Notes under the pieces: model-generated | Seen by the model: the letters and a program-made list of their open reading frames with translations, nothing else | Database searches by the model: none | Told to the model about the DNA's origin: nothing | Shown: in pieces, positions 23,317-37,600 of the stretch | How positions within the stretch are numbered: the stretch's first letter is position 1 | Layout: every line of letters begins with the position of its first letter | Assembly (NCBI RefSeq): GCF_000281045.1 | Contig: NW_008246080.1 | Location: 195,844-259,843 of the forward strand | Direction: 5' to 3' | Origin: Saprolegnia diclina VS20 | Taxonomy: Eukaryota | Length of the DNA stretch: 64,000 nucleotides | Program-made: the position numbers and the translations under genes

Positions 23317-24960
23317 CTACTTGTCTTCGGGCGTCCACGCGTCCTGACTGCGTTTGGCGTCGTCTTGGTCCTTGTCCTCCGTGCCGTCATCTACGTCCTT
23401 GTCGTCGTGTTTGTCGTCGTCGCCAGTGTCCTTGTCGTCGCCAACACCGTCGTCGTCTTCGTCGCTACGGACATCGGCGTCACTGCCGATGCCGTCACCG
23501 TCAACCTCGTCTTGACGCGACTCGTTTGGCTCGTCGGACGCCGGCTCATGCTTTTCATCTTGGCGCAGCAACATGTCGTCGGCCGCTTTCGCTTCGCTCT
23601 CGTCCAGTGGCATGTCGAGCGAGAGGCGCCGAAGATCGCTGCCTGCCGTCGCAACGTCATCCATCGTCTTGGCCTCTGCAATGGATTCGTCTGCTCCACC
23701 AATCTTGTTGATGTCAGTCTCTTCTGCTGCACCAGCCTTGGCGTCAAGCTCTGGCTCCTCGGAGAAACCTTGGTTCCGGTCATCCGGTGGCGGCGTCTCG
23801 ATCTTCTCGACACCGACCGGATTCGACGTCGCGGGCTCGTCCTCGCTGCGGCGCGGTGTGAGCAGTGGCGTCAGGTCGCTGCTGGCCGGCAACGGCATGC
23901 GCACCACCGGCTCGGGTAGGACAAAGTCGTCTGCGAGCGCACGGGCATCAAAGCGGCACAGGTCGACGCCAGGGCCCTTCGGCGCCAACACATCGCTGGT
24001 CCCCGACGCGTCAAGAGGGCGCACTCCGTAGGCCGCCGTCGTTTGCTTGGGCACATGGCGGCGTCCGCGACTCTTGGGCTCGGCGGGGCGGGAGCTTGCC
24101 TTGGCGCGGGCCTCGCGAAAGACGTCGTGCGTCTTCTTGCGGGCGACGAGCGACTCGGCCGCGCGCTGCGCCTCCTCGAGCGCGGTCGTCAGCGGGTCGT
24201 CGATGCCGAGGCGGTCGCAAGCGGTTTGCACGGCCCGCTTGTACGACTGCAGCACCTGCACGTGGGGCTTCTTGAGAAACTCGAGCTCGACCGCCATGTT
24301 GTGGTAGGCGACCGCGACCGCGCTCCAGTGCGCATGCGCATGGGCGTCCGGCGCATTCCCAGCCTCTTGGAGTAGGATGAGCGCGCGCTGTGCGGCGAGG
24401 AGCGCCTTGTCGTGGCGGCCGAGCTGCGACAAGATCGCACACGCGTTGAGCCGCGTCTCGGCGGCGCGCAGGCCCTAGCAGAAGAGATATGGTGTTGTTG
24501 AAGAGAGACATGACAGCCATCTACCGACGACCCGTCGAGCGCCATGGCGCGCTGGAGGTAGCTGTACGCGACGCGCAGCTTGTGGACGCGGCGGTAGTAG
24601 GCGGCGAGCTGGTTGAAGATCGCAATGTATTCGTCGGCCGTTGTGGCCAACGCGTCGGCTTTGAGCAAGAAGCAGCGCGCGTCGTCGAGGCGGCCGGCGC
24701 AGAGCTGGCGCCGGCCAACGTCGGTGGCCACGGCGCACATGCGCTTGGCCAGCGCCCACACCTCGGGACTAGCGTTGGGTGGTGGCGTTGGCCTCGTGGT
24801 CAATGGAGTCGTACCTCTCGTAGCCGAGGTAGTGCTGGCGCAGGAAGAGCGACCGCTCCCAGCACAGCATCGCCTGCGCGAGGTCGCCGGCGGCGAGGCA
24901 GCTCTCGGCGGTCGCGTCGAGCGCGCGGACGTCGGGGAGGTCGTAGTCGTCGGCGACCAT
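23317..24960 (-). CDS. TPR-containing protein with acidic disordered C-terminus (3 exons)
   Basis: TPR-like helices AMLCWERSL, FNQLAAYYRR..AYSYLQRAM, TRLNACAILSQLGRHDKAL and AVAYHNMAVELEFL joined by GT-AG introns. Confidence 0.8.
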
Positions 24961-25114
24961 TCAAGATCCAACTCGAGGGCGGGGGTTCGAACCTCGCGTG
25001 CGACGCTTTGGTGAAAGTGAGAAGACGGGATGACTAGTACATGTATGAACTCTTTCCTAATTAGTGGGCGACGACGAGCGTCTTAATGTGGGTCGTGTTC
25101 TCCGATCGGACGCG

Positions 25115-28100
25115 TTAATACTGATACTGGCCCGGCGCCCCGTACGGCTGCGGCGGCACCATGCCGCCATACTGCGGCTGCGGCATCCCGTACGCCGGCT
25201 GCTGCATGCCATAGCCGGGCTGTTGCATGCCGTAGCCCGGCTGCTGCATGCCGTACGCGCTCGGGTCGTTGTAGGCCGCGTTGGCGAGCGCCATGACGGG
25301 CGCGCCCATGCCGCCCATGGCAAACTGCGGGTCAACGACGCCCGGCAGCGTCTCGGCGGGCATCGCGTCTTCCTTGGGCGCCGTGCGCTCGTCGAGCACC
25401 TTGATCTTTTCGTGGAGGTTCTTGACGTACTGGATCATGTACGGCATGACAAAGTCCACGTAGCCGTTGCGCCACGCGAGCTCCATGGCCACGTCGGGCT
25501 TGATGAGCTTGTAGCACGTAAAGAGCGTCGCGCAAAAGCACTCCTTGTCGTGCGCGTCCACAAAGAAGCGGAGGAGCTCTTCCGCGAGCTCGGCGTCGGC
25601 CGAGTCGTTGGCCGTGTCGATCGCATCCTTGTACATCTTGTCGGCCTTGGACAGCTTGAGCGACTGCGCGTAGCGCTTGTTCTTCTTGTAGAGGTACGCA
25701 GCGATACGGCGGAACTCGAGGAGCTCGTGCTTCTCGACCTTTTGCGCGAGCGCAATCTGGTCGAAGTTGTCGTACGAGTCGATCGAGTCGCGGAGGCCCT
25801 GGTAGTCCTCGTCGTCCGTGAGGATTTCGTTGAGCGCTTCGTTAACCGCCGACAAGTTTTCCTTCTGCACGTCCTTGAGGTACTCGATCACGAGCGGGAG
25901 GTTGTCCGACTTGCGCAGCTGGTGCACCACGCGCGCGTGGTCGAGGTTGGGCGTGAGCACTTGGAGGAGGCGCGTGAGCTCGAGCGGGTGTTGCTCGAGG
26001 TAAAACTGGATCGCCTTGTAGTGGATTTCCTGGTTGCGCACCTTCTGGATGCAGTCGAGGAAGAGGTCGTGCGCGAACGCGACCGGGTGGTCGACCATCG
26101 TGCGCACCGCATTGTCAAACTGGCCGTCCTCCTTGTAGAGGTACACGGCGTGGTCCCAGTGCAGACCCTTCTCGCACGCCCGCAGAATCTTGGACACGTT
26201 CATGCGGCTGTGGAAGATCTTGATGTGCTCCATGAGCTTGGCCGGGTTGTACTTGGAGTACAGGATCGCGAGCTCGGTAAAGATACCCGCGTGGGCGCCC
26301 TCGAGGCCCAGACCTTGCTCCATGAGCTTGAGAAGCTCGGCCCAGTGGCCGCGGCGCTCATAGTTGAGGATGAGCTCTTCCAAGTGGTCCGGGTGCACAA
26401 TGATGTGCAGACCGCAGAGGCCGGCGAGGCGGAACTCGTTCACGTCCACGCACGCATAGTTGACTTCCTTCCACGTGCCGACCGAGTTGGCCTTGGTCGC
26501 CGCGTCGACGGCTTCGCGGAACTTGCCGAGACGCACGTAGCAGATCGCGAGTTTGGCGTTGTTGTTGATGTTCTGGAAGAGAAGCTTCGCCGCGTTGAAC
26601 ATGCCTTCCGCAAAGAGGCGCTCGCCCGTGTTCTGGATCTGCGCCACGTTGGGCGCCGAGATGAATTCCTCGAGCTCCGCGTACTTTTCCGTCTTGGCCA
26701 GCGCGTAGATGAGCGACGTGTCGAGGTGCTGCTCCTTGACCGTCTTGCGCGCCATGCGAAGGTAGTCGATTAGGTCGGCCCAGTTGCCGTCGCGCTCGGC
26801 CGTCGCAATCACATCGGCGTACGCCGATGGGTCACCCGCCTTGATGAACGACGCGAGCGCATCGTGCAAGTTGTTGTTGTCGAGCTGCGACTTGGCGAGC
26901 TTCGACCACACGTCCGGCTCGTTGCAGCGGTCAGCAAACTCGTAGGCGCGCGTCATGTCGCGGATGTAGTCGAGGAGCACGCCGATCGCTTCGCCGTTGA
27001 ACTTGGTCTTCTTGTAGATGACAAACGCCTCTTCGTAGAGCTGGTACTGCTCGCCGACCGCAATGCGCGCAATCTCGGGCCCGTCAAAGTTGTCGAGGCG
27101 GTTGACGTAGTCCATGACCTTTTCCTTGCACGCCTTGATGGCCGTGAGGATGAGCAAGTTCTGGAGGTTCTTGTTCGTCGAAAAGTCCGTGCCCTGGAGC
27201 ACGATGCGCTCGAGGAGCTCAATGAGCTCGTTCGGGAGCTCGGCGTTCATAAATGCGCGGACCGTCGTCGACACTTCGTCCGGGTTGCGGGCCTCCGGGA
27301 GCGCCGTTTGCACGACTTGGTCAATGAGCGCACGGCGGTTCGGCGCCTCGGCTTCGCCCTCGACCGCCTTCACGAGCACCTTGCCCCAAAGATCAAGGTC
27401 CTGGCGGTGCACGAGGTAGCGCGCGAGGTCCTTGAAAAGCGAGTTCTCGGTCGTGACGCGGATGAGGTCGTCGTCGCACGCACCGCCGGCACGCTGGTAC
27501 GCCAAGAAGGCGAGCGCCGGGTCGAGCTTTTCGCAAAACTTGCCGACGACCGCCGGCTCGTAGTACGGGTTGTTGACGAGGAACTGCTGCGGGTCGCGGT
27601 TGAGCGTCACGTAGATCTTGCCCATCGCGTTGTGCGTCGCCGGCTCCGTGTTGCCCTGCGTCACACGCGCCTCGAGCCACGGCTGGAGGAGGCGGAGACG
27701 GTTGCGCTTCTCGACCTCTTCGACGAGCTGGTCCACGGGCGTCTGCGGGATCTGGCCCAAGAGCGTCTTGATGTAGTCTTCGTTGCAGTCCAAGTCGAGG
27801 AGCTTGCCAACGACGAGCGGCGTCTTCTGCGGCGAGACCTTGGTCGCGTACACCTCAATGTACTTGAGGAGGTTGTTCGAGTAGAGGTACTGCGTGAGCT
27901 CCTCGACAAAGTCGTAGCGGTCGCACACGTGGATGAGTGGGCGCGGGTCCTGGAGCTTCGACTCCTTGAGAAAGTCCTTGACCTTGACGGGATCGTAGAC
28001 CGCCGAGTCGCGGCAGACGCGCTCGACCTCCTTGAACTGGCCCATCTTGGTCGCGGCCTCAATGTACTTGAAGTGCACTTCGGGCTCTTGCGAAAAGTTG

Positions 28101-30368
28101 ACCACCGACCCGAGAAAGTAGTACAGGCCGTCAAACGACTTGTACTTCTCAAACATCTCGATGATCTGCTTGGCGCCGAGCTGCTCGACGTACTTGGTCG
28201 CGACCTGCACCACAATCTGGATGTTCTGGCGCAAGTTGTGGCCCAGGAGCGCGTTGATGAGCTCCATCGACACCTCGGCGTTCACCGTCCCGAAAAACGT
28301 CACGATGAACTCGTGGTTGATCGCGTGCGTGTTGACAACGACGCGCTTGAGGTCCGCGAGCTCCGTGTAGTGCTCGAGCGCGCGCTGGAAGAGGCCGGCC
28401 TTCTCGCAGAGCTGCGCGACGCGCGGACGGTCATAGTGCGAAAACATGTTGTTCGAGAGGATCGCGTCCGCGACCTGCGGCGACCCGCCGAGAAGGTTGA
28501 TCTCGAGGAGGCGCGTCTGCAGCGGGCCTTCTTCCGGGCGGTTGTTCTTGAGCGCTTCGAGCAGGAACGCGGTCGTCTCCTGGACGCGGCTCACTTGCAT
28601 GAAAATGTCGACGACCGACGCAATGTCGACGAGCGGGCCGTTCTCGGCCGTCGCGAGCTTCTGCGCAAAGTCGAGCGCGCCCTGCGGGTTCGCGCGCACG
28701 AGGTTCTGGAGCATAAACGTGTAGTCGCAGCGGTAGTTGGTCTTGGACGCATACGCGACAATCTTGTCAAACTCGCCGCGCTGGACAAAGCAGTTGATGA
28801 CCTTCTCCGGCACGTTCGCACGCAAATAGACCGAGAGCGCCATCGTCGTGTCCGACTGCGCGCACATATCACCGAGCTCTTCCGAGCACTCGAGCTTGTC
28901 CTCGGAAAGCCACTTTTGCAGCAGCTGGCCGCGGCCCTGCATGAGCACGGGGCGCGCGAGCTCGATCGACTCGTACTTGTTGAGCGTGCCCATCTCCAAG
29001 CAGACGCTGAAGAATTGGAGAAGCGGCAACGGCTGGCCAGGCTGCGCGGGCATCTGCTGGAAGCGCTGAATCACCTGCGGCGTGCGCAAGACACCCTGCG
29101 GCGAGACGGCAGCGAGGCGCGCAGCGCCCTGCACGTCGTTCATTCCCACGAGGCGGTTAAACTCGGTAAAGTAGAGCTCCTCGGCGCCAGGCAGGTTGAG
29201 GCGCGTCGCGAGCTGGAGCGCAAGCTGCGAGTCGCGGAGCGTGCCCACAATGTACGGGACGAGCTTCTGCTGGTTGATCGAAAACTGGAGCAGCTGGCCG
29301 CGACGCGTGATACCGAGCATACCCTTGGACGCTGTATGCAGGGCCGTGACAAAGACCGTGTCCTGGGCGACGCGCGCGCGGTACACGGGCTTGCCAGTGT
29401 GAATGTCAAAGAGGAACAGGTAGCCCATCTTCGTGATCATGTAAATGATGTCATCGCCAGGCGCCGCCTAGAAACACATGAGATACATACACGTCATCGT
29501 GACGACCAGACGGTACCATCATCGAGACAGGGAAATCGTTGACCGCATCCGCGGCAAACGGGATCGGCTGGGGCGGCAGCCGGAACGTCTGGCCCGCAGC
29601 GTTCGTGCCGACTTCCATGATAAAGAGCTGCAACGGCGCGTCACCCTTGGTACCGGCAAAGCACAGCACTTGGGCTTCGTCGGTGCGGCCCGGGGGCTTC
29701 ATGTTGGTAAAAGTACCGGCGTGGCCCTGGAGCACCTGGCTGACCTTCTTGTCCTTCGAGTAGAGCTGCATGTTGCCTTCAATGCGACCACCCTCGCCCG
29801 CCGAGATACCGACGAGCAAGAGCCACTGGTTGTCGGGCGACGTCTCGTAGCTAATGATCTGCGTGTTCGGGCCAAGGTTGGCGTGGCGGTCAAACTGCTT
29901 GGCGGGCGCCGAGTCGCCTTCAATGCTCCAGTGGTACACAGCCGTGGCCGTGACCATGCCAATCGTGTTGGGCGTGATCCACCGCCAAAACACAATCGCG
30001 TCCGTCATCTGATGCGACTTCATCTTGGCGCGGAGCTCCATGTTGAAAATCTGGAGCTGCGACCCGGCGCGGAGCGCAATCACCTTGGTCAAGGGGTTCA
30101 TGATCGCGGCCTCGGCCGCAATCGGGCGGCGCTGCACGTTGTTGCCCGCGGCCATGTCGACGATCACGACGTTTGCCTGGCCGTTCACGGTCTCGCACAC
30201 CGTAATGAACTTGTCGCTCTCCATGGCGCACGTCCCGAATTTAACATAGTCCAGGTTGACGCCGAGCGTCCCGAGCTACATGGTGCACATAAGCCTCGTC
30301 GTCTTACCACGATGGATGCATCTTCCTACATTGAGGACTTCGCCAAAGGTAATCGGCAAGTCGGCCAT
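25115..30368 (-). CDS. CHC: Clathrin heavy chain
   Basis: MADLPITFGEVLN|LGTLGV..MESDKFITVCE propeller; LEINLL, LIHVCDR, LQNLLILTAIK, HELLEFRRIAAYLY; two introns near the 5' end. Confidence 0.98.
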
Positions 30369-31811
30369 CCTGCGCTCTTCGTCCTTCGCACGTCGGTAGC
30401 CTTTTCGAAAATGACGTCGACTTGGAGATCTTCTTGGGGTCAAACATCTTGGAAATTGTATTGAAATCTTTTTGGCCGGGACCACCCCACACGTGGAGCG
30501 CGGTGACTTCCCTCTCACAATTGATATTTGGGGGCCTCTCAAATTGCATATCTGGTCCCACTCTATGTCTCGCGTGCCGCGTCTGCTCGCACATCGCGGC
30601 CTACAAACCTCTCTCTTTGCATATCCTGTGGGACTGGATTTGCGTGCGACACGTGCAACCATATGTCTTGTGGGAGGCAGCGCGGAGCGTATTTTTATTC
30701 CATGTGCCGCACGAGAATGCTGGACGCAAGTGATTAAAAATGCACAAAATAAAATGCACCATGCGCCGTGTGGCACACGTACAGCGCAGCAGTTACGAAA
30801 CGCCACGCTGCATTTTATTTCAGCGGTTTTCACGCAGGTATTTTTAGAAATATCGAACCGAGCAATTTATTTTCAAATGCGGATTTGGACGCCGATTGGC
30901 TTCAACTTTGTATACGATGGCGCGCTTTTTGATGCCGGCGAATAAAAATGCACGCTGCCACGTCGAGTTCAACAACAACCCAGACCTGAGTTCAACGCGT
31001 TTTACGTTAAACGTTCGGAATGGCTTGTGCTGTCGTGCTGCTGCCGCCCTCGTTGACGGTCCCATCCGAGGACAACCTCCACAAAGCACTCGGTCCCTAC
31101 ACGTTTGATTGGGCGCTAATAACGAGCTCCTCGAGGGTCGCAGTTCAACGGTCGACGGGTATTACCTCGGCAACAGAAACAGGGCGCGCTCGGCTTCGAG
31201 AAAGGACCGATGCATCGCTTGAGTGACGCGCTTGGCGATATACGCGGGTCGCATCTGTCCTTTCCAACGTCATGTAGCCCACCACGTTCAGGAGAACTCG
31301 AGCCAGAGTCAACGTTTAACCACATTGCCTTTGCGCTAAAGACGTTAATCCCGAAAATGTTGGTCTTTTTGAAACACCGTCGCTTCAACAAACTCCAATA
31401 GGTCCACGCCACGTCCACGCAGCTCCAGCGTCGGCGATGGCGCGTCGCCAAGGTGATGGTACTTGCCGTAGTGAATGCATGCGTTCCGAAGGACCAAGCT
31501 AAAGCTATTTACCTGCTCCTGTCCCTTGCCGCTTGGATCTTGCGGGTTCAACACGTCACCTCAAGGACACTGCCACCTTCACTTCGTCGCCAGCAAGTGT
31601 CTTGTGATTTGCGGCCGCCACGAACTATTAGCATTCGAATAAGCTCTTAGAGATCTCCGCGACCTTTTGTTTAGGGGCCAGTTCTACTCTGTCCCAGTGC
31701 TACGATGGGGATGACAAAGGAGTCGACGCTAAGGGCGCATACGAGCATTGCATTGACGTGAAGGTTATCATAGATCCCGCAGAGACGAGAGACGTACGAG
31801 TCGCTTTATGC

Positions 31812-33712
31812 TCAAGCCACGGGGAGGTACCCGCGGCGGCGGCGCGAGGCTGTGAGCACATACGGCGCGACAACGCCGATGGCGACGCCGCACACAAGAC
31901 TCAACGAGGCGACGCCGAGACTTGCGCTGGCGGTCGTTGCAAGTGCAATCGTCGGTGTCGGTAGCGGCGTCCACTGCACGTAGTTGGTCGAGTTGAGCCA
32001 CCACGCCGGGTAGCCTGGCGACGCCATCCCACCGAGCTCCTCGCTTGTTGTGACGTAGCCATCGCTGTACTTGGCGACAAGGGCCCACGCAAGCCGCCAG
32101 CGCGCGTCGACGACCCGCTGGGCAAACCGGTTGTGGGCCGTCTCGAGAAACACGCGGCGCGCCTCGTCGGTCTCGAGGGTTGTGGCGTGTTGCAGCGCGC
32201 GGTCGTGGATCGTGTGCGCTTCGTCCTGGAACTTGGTGGTGAAGGCGCTCACGTCTTCCGAGATGAGGTCGTAGCGCAGCGCGCGCCAGTTGTTGACAAA
32301 GTTGAATGCCCACCACGCCGATTCGTGGTGAAACTCGCTCTGCTTGCCCGCGAGGTCGTGGTACGACGGGGGCAGCGCCGCTTGACGGGACGAGAACGGC
32401 GTAAAGACGGTCCCGTGCGGCGCGCTCTGGCCAAACCACAGAGTGGCGTCGATCGACGTCACGTGCACGGCATAGCTGTACAGCGTGCGGTGGACCGAGA
32501 TCGGGTTGACCCACCCGCCGCGCACGCCGCGCGTGAAGCCCGAGTAGCGCAGCGGCGACCCGAACGGCCCGGCGGCCACGCCTTTGGTCAAGTCAAACTC
32601 GGTGCCTTGGTACTGGTCGCGCAAGATCGTGGTCACTTCCTGAAGCGCAAGTGGCCTGTCGACCGGCGCGGAGAAGGGGTAGTGGGGGTAGTCTGCAACA
32701 AAGCCAAATGTCTTTGGCACGTCCACGGACGGTGCAAACGTGCTGTAGATGCGCCACGATCGCCCATCGGCGTAAAAGTGGGGCCCCGGGGGTGGGGCCG
32801 CACCATACACCTTGGCGAAATGAAAGTCCTCGGTGCGGCCTGGCACCTACAACGCATAGTACATAGACAATTGAGGCGATTGGGCGATGGTGGCTGGGGT
32901 ACCTGGGGGGTGTACCAGCCCGCCGCCTCGGCCGCCGAAAACACATTCGCCGACGCGAGGAACTCGTCCGGCTTGTTCAAGTCGATCGCGCCGATCGTGA
33001 ACCGGTTGGCCAAGACGGCGATGTGCGCATCGGGCACGCGCTGCGCCGCCCAAACCGCGCTGTCGTTCGCCGGCGACGCGAGGATGTGAAAGATCCACAC
33101 TTCGCCGTACTTGTCGGTGATGCCCAGCGCCTCCGAGTCGTACCCCGGCGCCTCGGGCGTACCGCCGTACTCGCCGTAAAAGCCGTGCTCGACAGCGAGG
33201 TCGCCCATGGTTTGAATCGCGCACCGCGCCGAGTCGCAGCGCTCCATTGCAATGTTGGTGAGCTCGCCAATGCCAAACATCGAGTGGCCGCCGGGCATGT
33301 TGAGCGGCCACCCTGTGCTCTTGGCGTTGCACGTGCTTTCGCCGATCGCGAGCTGCACTTCGTTGACGATGCCGTACTCTTGCTGGATGTAGCTGTACGT
33401 GTGGGCCACCTGCGGAATCGATCCGAGCGGCACCGAGACGTTTTGGCCGCCCACGGGCTCGTACTGCGGCCCGCGGTCCTGCGCCACGATGCGCGGGTAG
33501 CCGCCAAAGATCTTGTACACGGCGCGCATCGAGCCCGGCGCGTGGTCGGCCGCGGCTATCGCAACGAGCCGCAAGTCGGCCGCGTCCCCGCCCGCGTCGT
33601 CGTTGTGCGTGACGATCGTCGAGCCGTCGATCGTCGCGTTCTTCCCGACAGCGATCATGGTGCACGCCTGCGCGGCCGTCGCTAGCGCGCTCAGGAGCGT
33701 GAAGAGACGCAT
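31812..33712 (-). CDS. Peptidase C69 (secernin/dipeptidase, Ntn-hydrolase) with signal peptide and C-terminal TM helix
   Basis: MRLFTLLSALATAAQA-CTMIAVGKNATIDGSTIVTHNDD; NEVQLAIGESTC, ERCDSARCAI, WAAQRVPD; intron 32847..32902; TM helix then RRRRGYLPVA. Confidence 0.92.
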
Positions 33713-34626
33713 CGGAGGCTCGGGCCAAGTGGAAAAGTGATGGTGTCGCTCGACGTCAAGCTGGTTGGGTGGGCCTCGGTTTCACAGAGACTAAAGCCAC
33801 CCAACTTGAAACGGCGTCCGACGCCCGCTCCGTACCTCCGTGGCTCACATGGTATGGACACGGCAACGAATCGTCTAGGTTATAGGCAGCACTCCAGAGC
33901 TGCAAGCAATGCCATATATACAAGCAATGCAATGTACACAACAGTGTAGCCGATAATAGACCGAGCGTCATGCGCGCCGCGGGTCAATGACGTGGCGGTC
34001 GACGAAGGGAGGTACCGAAACGGCCACTCAACTGCAAGCGGTGCACGGTCGGCAGCAGAAGCCGGAGATCGCCATCAGCAACGATTTGGTTCTGTATTTC
34101 CGCCAAGAGAAGCCGTGCGCTTCTCGTCCGAGATTGACCGATCGCACTCGACCAGTGTATATGATACAGACACATATGTTCGAGATATAGTGTGGTTCCG
34201 ACCTGACGCCAGCCTTGCGGTGGCTGTCTGCATCTCAGTGGTGCTAGTTTAGCGAGATTCGACGGCCCCGGCAGTGTATGGTGAGCCTCGGGCGGAGGCG
34301 TGCCGATGGCGGAAGGTATCGAGAGGCCAGGGTGTCGCTACTGTTGCGTGGAAATAGACTTCACAGACACGGCCTGGCGCCATGCTGCGCACGTATGATT
34401 TTGGACGCGTTTGATTGGCTAAAATGGGCTGAAACAGGTATCTTTTTGGCCAATCTGTTTTCCAGGCGGACAGAGTCCCACTGACTATCAAAAATAATAT
34501 TCGTAGGTAGAAACATGAATACAAATACAATGTGACCTACGTGGAAAAGAAATTAAATCACGGAAGATTGCAAAATAAATTTCACGTCATTTCCAAGTTG
34601 GTATGTCGCTGGCTGGCGAAGCAGAC

Positions 34627-37600
34627 ATGGCGGCCGCGCTTGCCTTCGAGGTCGCGGTCGGGAAGCAAGTCCTCGTCTTCGGGAAGCATGCTGGGGTACG
34701 AGCATGCTACATGACGTGCAAGGTTGACGCCGTGTATGTGCAGGTCATCCGATACGTTCCGGCGGCGCGCAGCGCCTTGCTCGGCGTCGAGCTCCAGCGG
34801 CCCGTGGGCGACTGCGATGGCATTTGCCAGCAAGATGGCCAGCAGCACTTTGCCTGCAAGCCGCTTCATGGCATTTACGTTCGCGAGGAGAACCTCCATG
34901 TACATGCGCGAACATGCATCTGTCGACGCTCATCCTCGTTGTAGGCGTACACCAAGGAAGACGCGGCCGCGTGCATCATCCAGTGCATGTGGAAGCGCCG
35001 TCGCGCGCTCTCCGCTGTACGCTGCTTCCTCCACTCGTCCTCCTTTCTCAGCGCCTATGCATGTAGTTTACGTCGGTCGTGCTCTCGTCCATGTGGAACA
35101 TGCTCGACAACAACCAGGAGCAGCTCAACATGAAGCGCGCCGAGAAGATCAAGTCGGCGTCGCAAGCCCTCTCGATCCTTGCGCGGCAGACGGTATGTAT
35201 CCTGCATCGCCGCTGACGCAGGCGAAACCATGGTATGATCTAGTCCAAGGGCCCGCGTCTCTCGCACAGCGTGTCGTCCGTCGCGGAGGACTACCACGGG
35301 CCGCGCCTCCATTTCCCTCTGCGCTTGTCCAACGTTCTCGATATGCTCGAGCAGTTCAAGAAGGGCACGGTGCTCCACTCCAAGTAGACACCTCCTGCAT
35401 GCCAGGAGCTTAGCTGATCGGTGTGTAGGTACGTCATGGAAGTGCTCACGGAGGCCAAGCGCACGTTTGGCCAGCTCCCGACGCTGCAGGAGATCACGGT
35501 CAACGCCGGCGAGAAGCTCACGGTCGTAGGCGACTTGCACGGGCAGCTCAAGGTATATCTTGGTCGCTCGGAGTTGCTACAAGGTCGGATTCGGATTAGG
35601 ATCTCTTCACCATCTTTACGACCAACGGACTCCCTTCCAACAAGAACAAGTACTTGTTCAACGGGGACTTTGTCGACCGTGGGCTCTACGGCACCGAGGT
35701 ATCGTTCTCTTCGTAGAGTGTTGAGGCTCAAGGCTGCGTAGGTGGTCATGACCCTGCTCTGCTTTCGGTCGCTGTATCCCGAGGGCGTCTTCCTCAACCG
35801 CGGCAACCACGAGTCGCGCAACCAAAACAGCTGGATGGGCTTTGAGGAAGAGATTTGGGAAAAGTACGATGGCACGAACGAAGGCGACCCGGCGCGCGCC
35901 AGCGTAGTGTACAACATGTTCCAGGTCCGCTTGCGTGCTCTACGGACCCTGGCTGATGCTGCTGATGCAGACGTTCTTTGATACGCTGCCGCTCTGCGCC
36001 CTCGTGCTCAAGAAGATCTTTGTCGTCCACGGCGGTCTCTTCTCGTGCGACAACGTGACGCTCGCACACATTCGTGGCATTAGCCGGAAGCGCGAACCGC
36101 CGCTGCACCAGCCAGGCTTCGAGGACAAGATCTACGAAGACATGCTGTGGAGTGACCCGCGCGCGATTGCAGTACGTTTACTCGATGCGATGGTCGTGGC
36201 CTGAGGAAGGTCCTAGAGCCGCCAGCCTTCGGAGCGCGGCGCCGGCACCGAGTTTGGCCACGAAGTCACCAACAACTTTTGCGCAGTCAACCGTGTGGCC
36301 TTGGTACATTTGATTTTTGTGATTGAAATTGATATATTGATACGTAGGTGATTCGGTCGCATGAGTGTGTGCCCGAAGGCTACGACGTGCTCCATGGCGG
36401 CCGTCTCATCACGCTCTTCTCGGCGTCGCGCTACTGCGGCACGCAGCTCAACAAGGGCGCGTTTCTGACGCTGGGCGCGGACCTCCAGCCCGAGATCCAG
36501 CAGTTTTACGGCAACCCGATGACCGAGGCCGAGTGGGAAAAGCCCGAGGAGGAGCAAGGCAAGCTCCAAGACAACCTCGAAGGCGACGCGCTGCGCATGA
36601 TAGCCGAGCGCATCTGCGACCACAAGGCCGACCTCTTTTGGTACTTTACGCAGCACGACCAGGAGGCCAACGGCAAGGTCCCGCGCCTCGTGTGGGCCGA
36701 AGCGCTCAAGAGCGTGCTCGCGCTCGACCTGCCGTTCTTGTTGTACCAGGCCAAGCTCGCCGACTCGGACGCTGACAACCTCGTCAACTACTCCAAGTAC
36801 TTCTCCTGCGCATTCGATCAACGACTCAGGCAGTAGCTAGGTTCTTGTCGCGCTATCGCATTGAGAACCCGGCGGTCGACGCGTCCGGCTGGCAAGAAAG
36901 CATCATCTCGACGATCTGCAAGAAGCTATACCTTGCGATGGGCGCCGGCAGCATCGAGCACGTACGATACGACTCTTGGGCAAGGGATGTCTCACATCGA
37001 CTAGGCGTTTCGCATCTTCGACGCGGATGCCAACGGCACGATCGAGTACGACGAGTTTATGGCGACGCTCAAGGGCATGGACACGGGCTTGTCCGAGCAG
37101 CAGGTGTGCTCTTCCATCCCAAAAAAAGGCTACTATTAAAGATGGGACTAGATGTTTGAGCTCATGCGCACGGCCGACACGAACGACGACGGGCGCCTCG
37201 ATTTCAAGGAGTTTGTCCAGCGCTTCGAAGTCATCTTCACCGACATTCGCAACCAACCGTCGGAAAAGGGCAGCTTTGTGGCGTCGTCAATGCCCCCCGC
37301 GCCGTTCAACGCGCCGAGCAAGCTCCAGCGCCGGACGTCGGAGCGCGACCAGCCGATTGGGCCCGTGCCGATGGAGAACCTCGACCCGGAGACGATGTGC
37401 GCACTCCTGCAGATCGGCAAGGCATTCTTCCAGCTCGACGGATCGCTCCTCGACAACTTTCACCGGTTCGATACCAACCGCGACGGTGTGCTCCAAACTG
37501 ACGAGTTTTACTCGGCGCTCCAGCAGCTCGGCTTTGACTTTTCGGACACGCTCTTGACCAAGCTCATGGCCGCAATCGATCTGGACGGTGGCAACACGAT

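Noticed and set aside
24978..24998. GGTTCGAACC, tRNA T-loop/B-box-like
   Set aside because: T-stem pairing is imperfect on both strands and I found no D or anticodon arms. It lies just upstream of the TPR gene start.
25064..30464. Long plus-strand ORFs (569, 892 and 328 aa)
   Set aside because: Antisense shadows of clathrin caused by GC3-rich codon bias. The same applies to long ORFs opposite the ABCC, SUCLG1, CENP-B-like and RUVBL2 genes.
30400..31800. Possible degenerate gene upstream of clathrin
   Set aside because: Multiple stops in the frames read and no identifiable homology.
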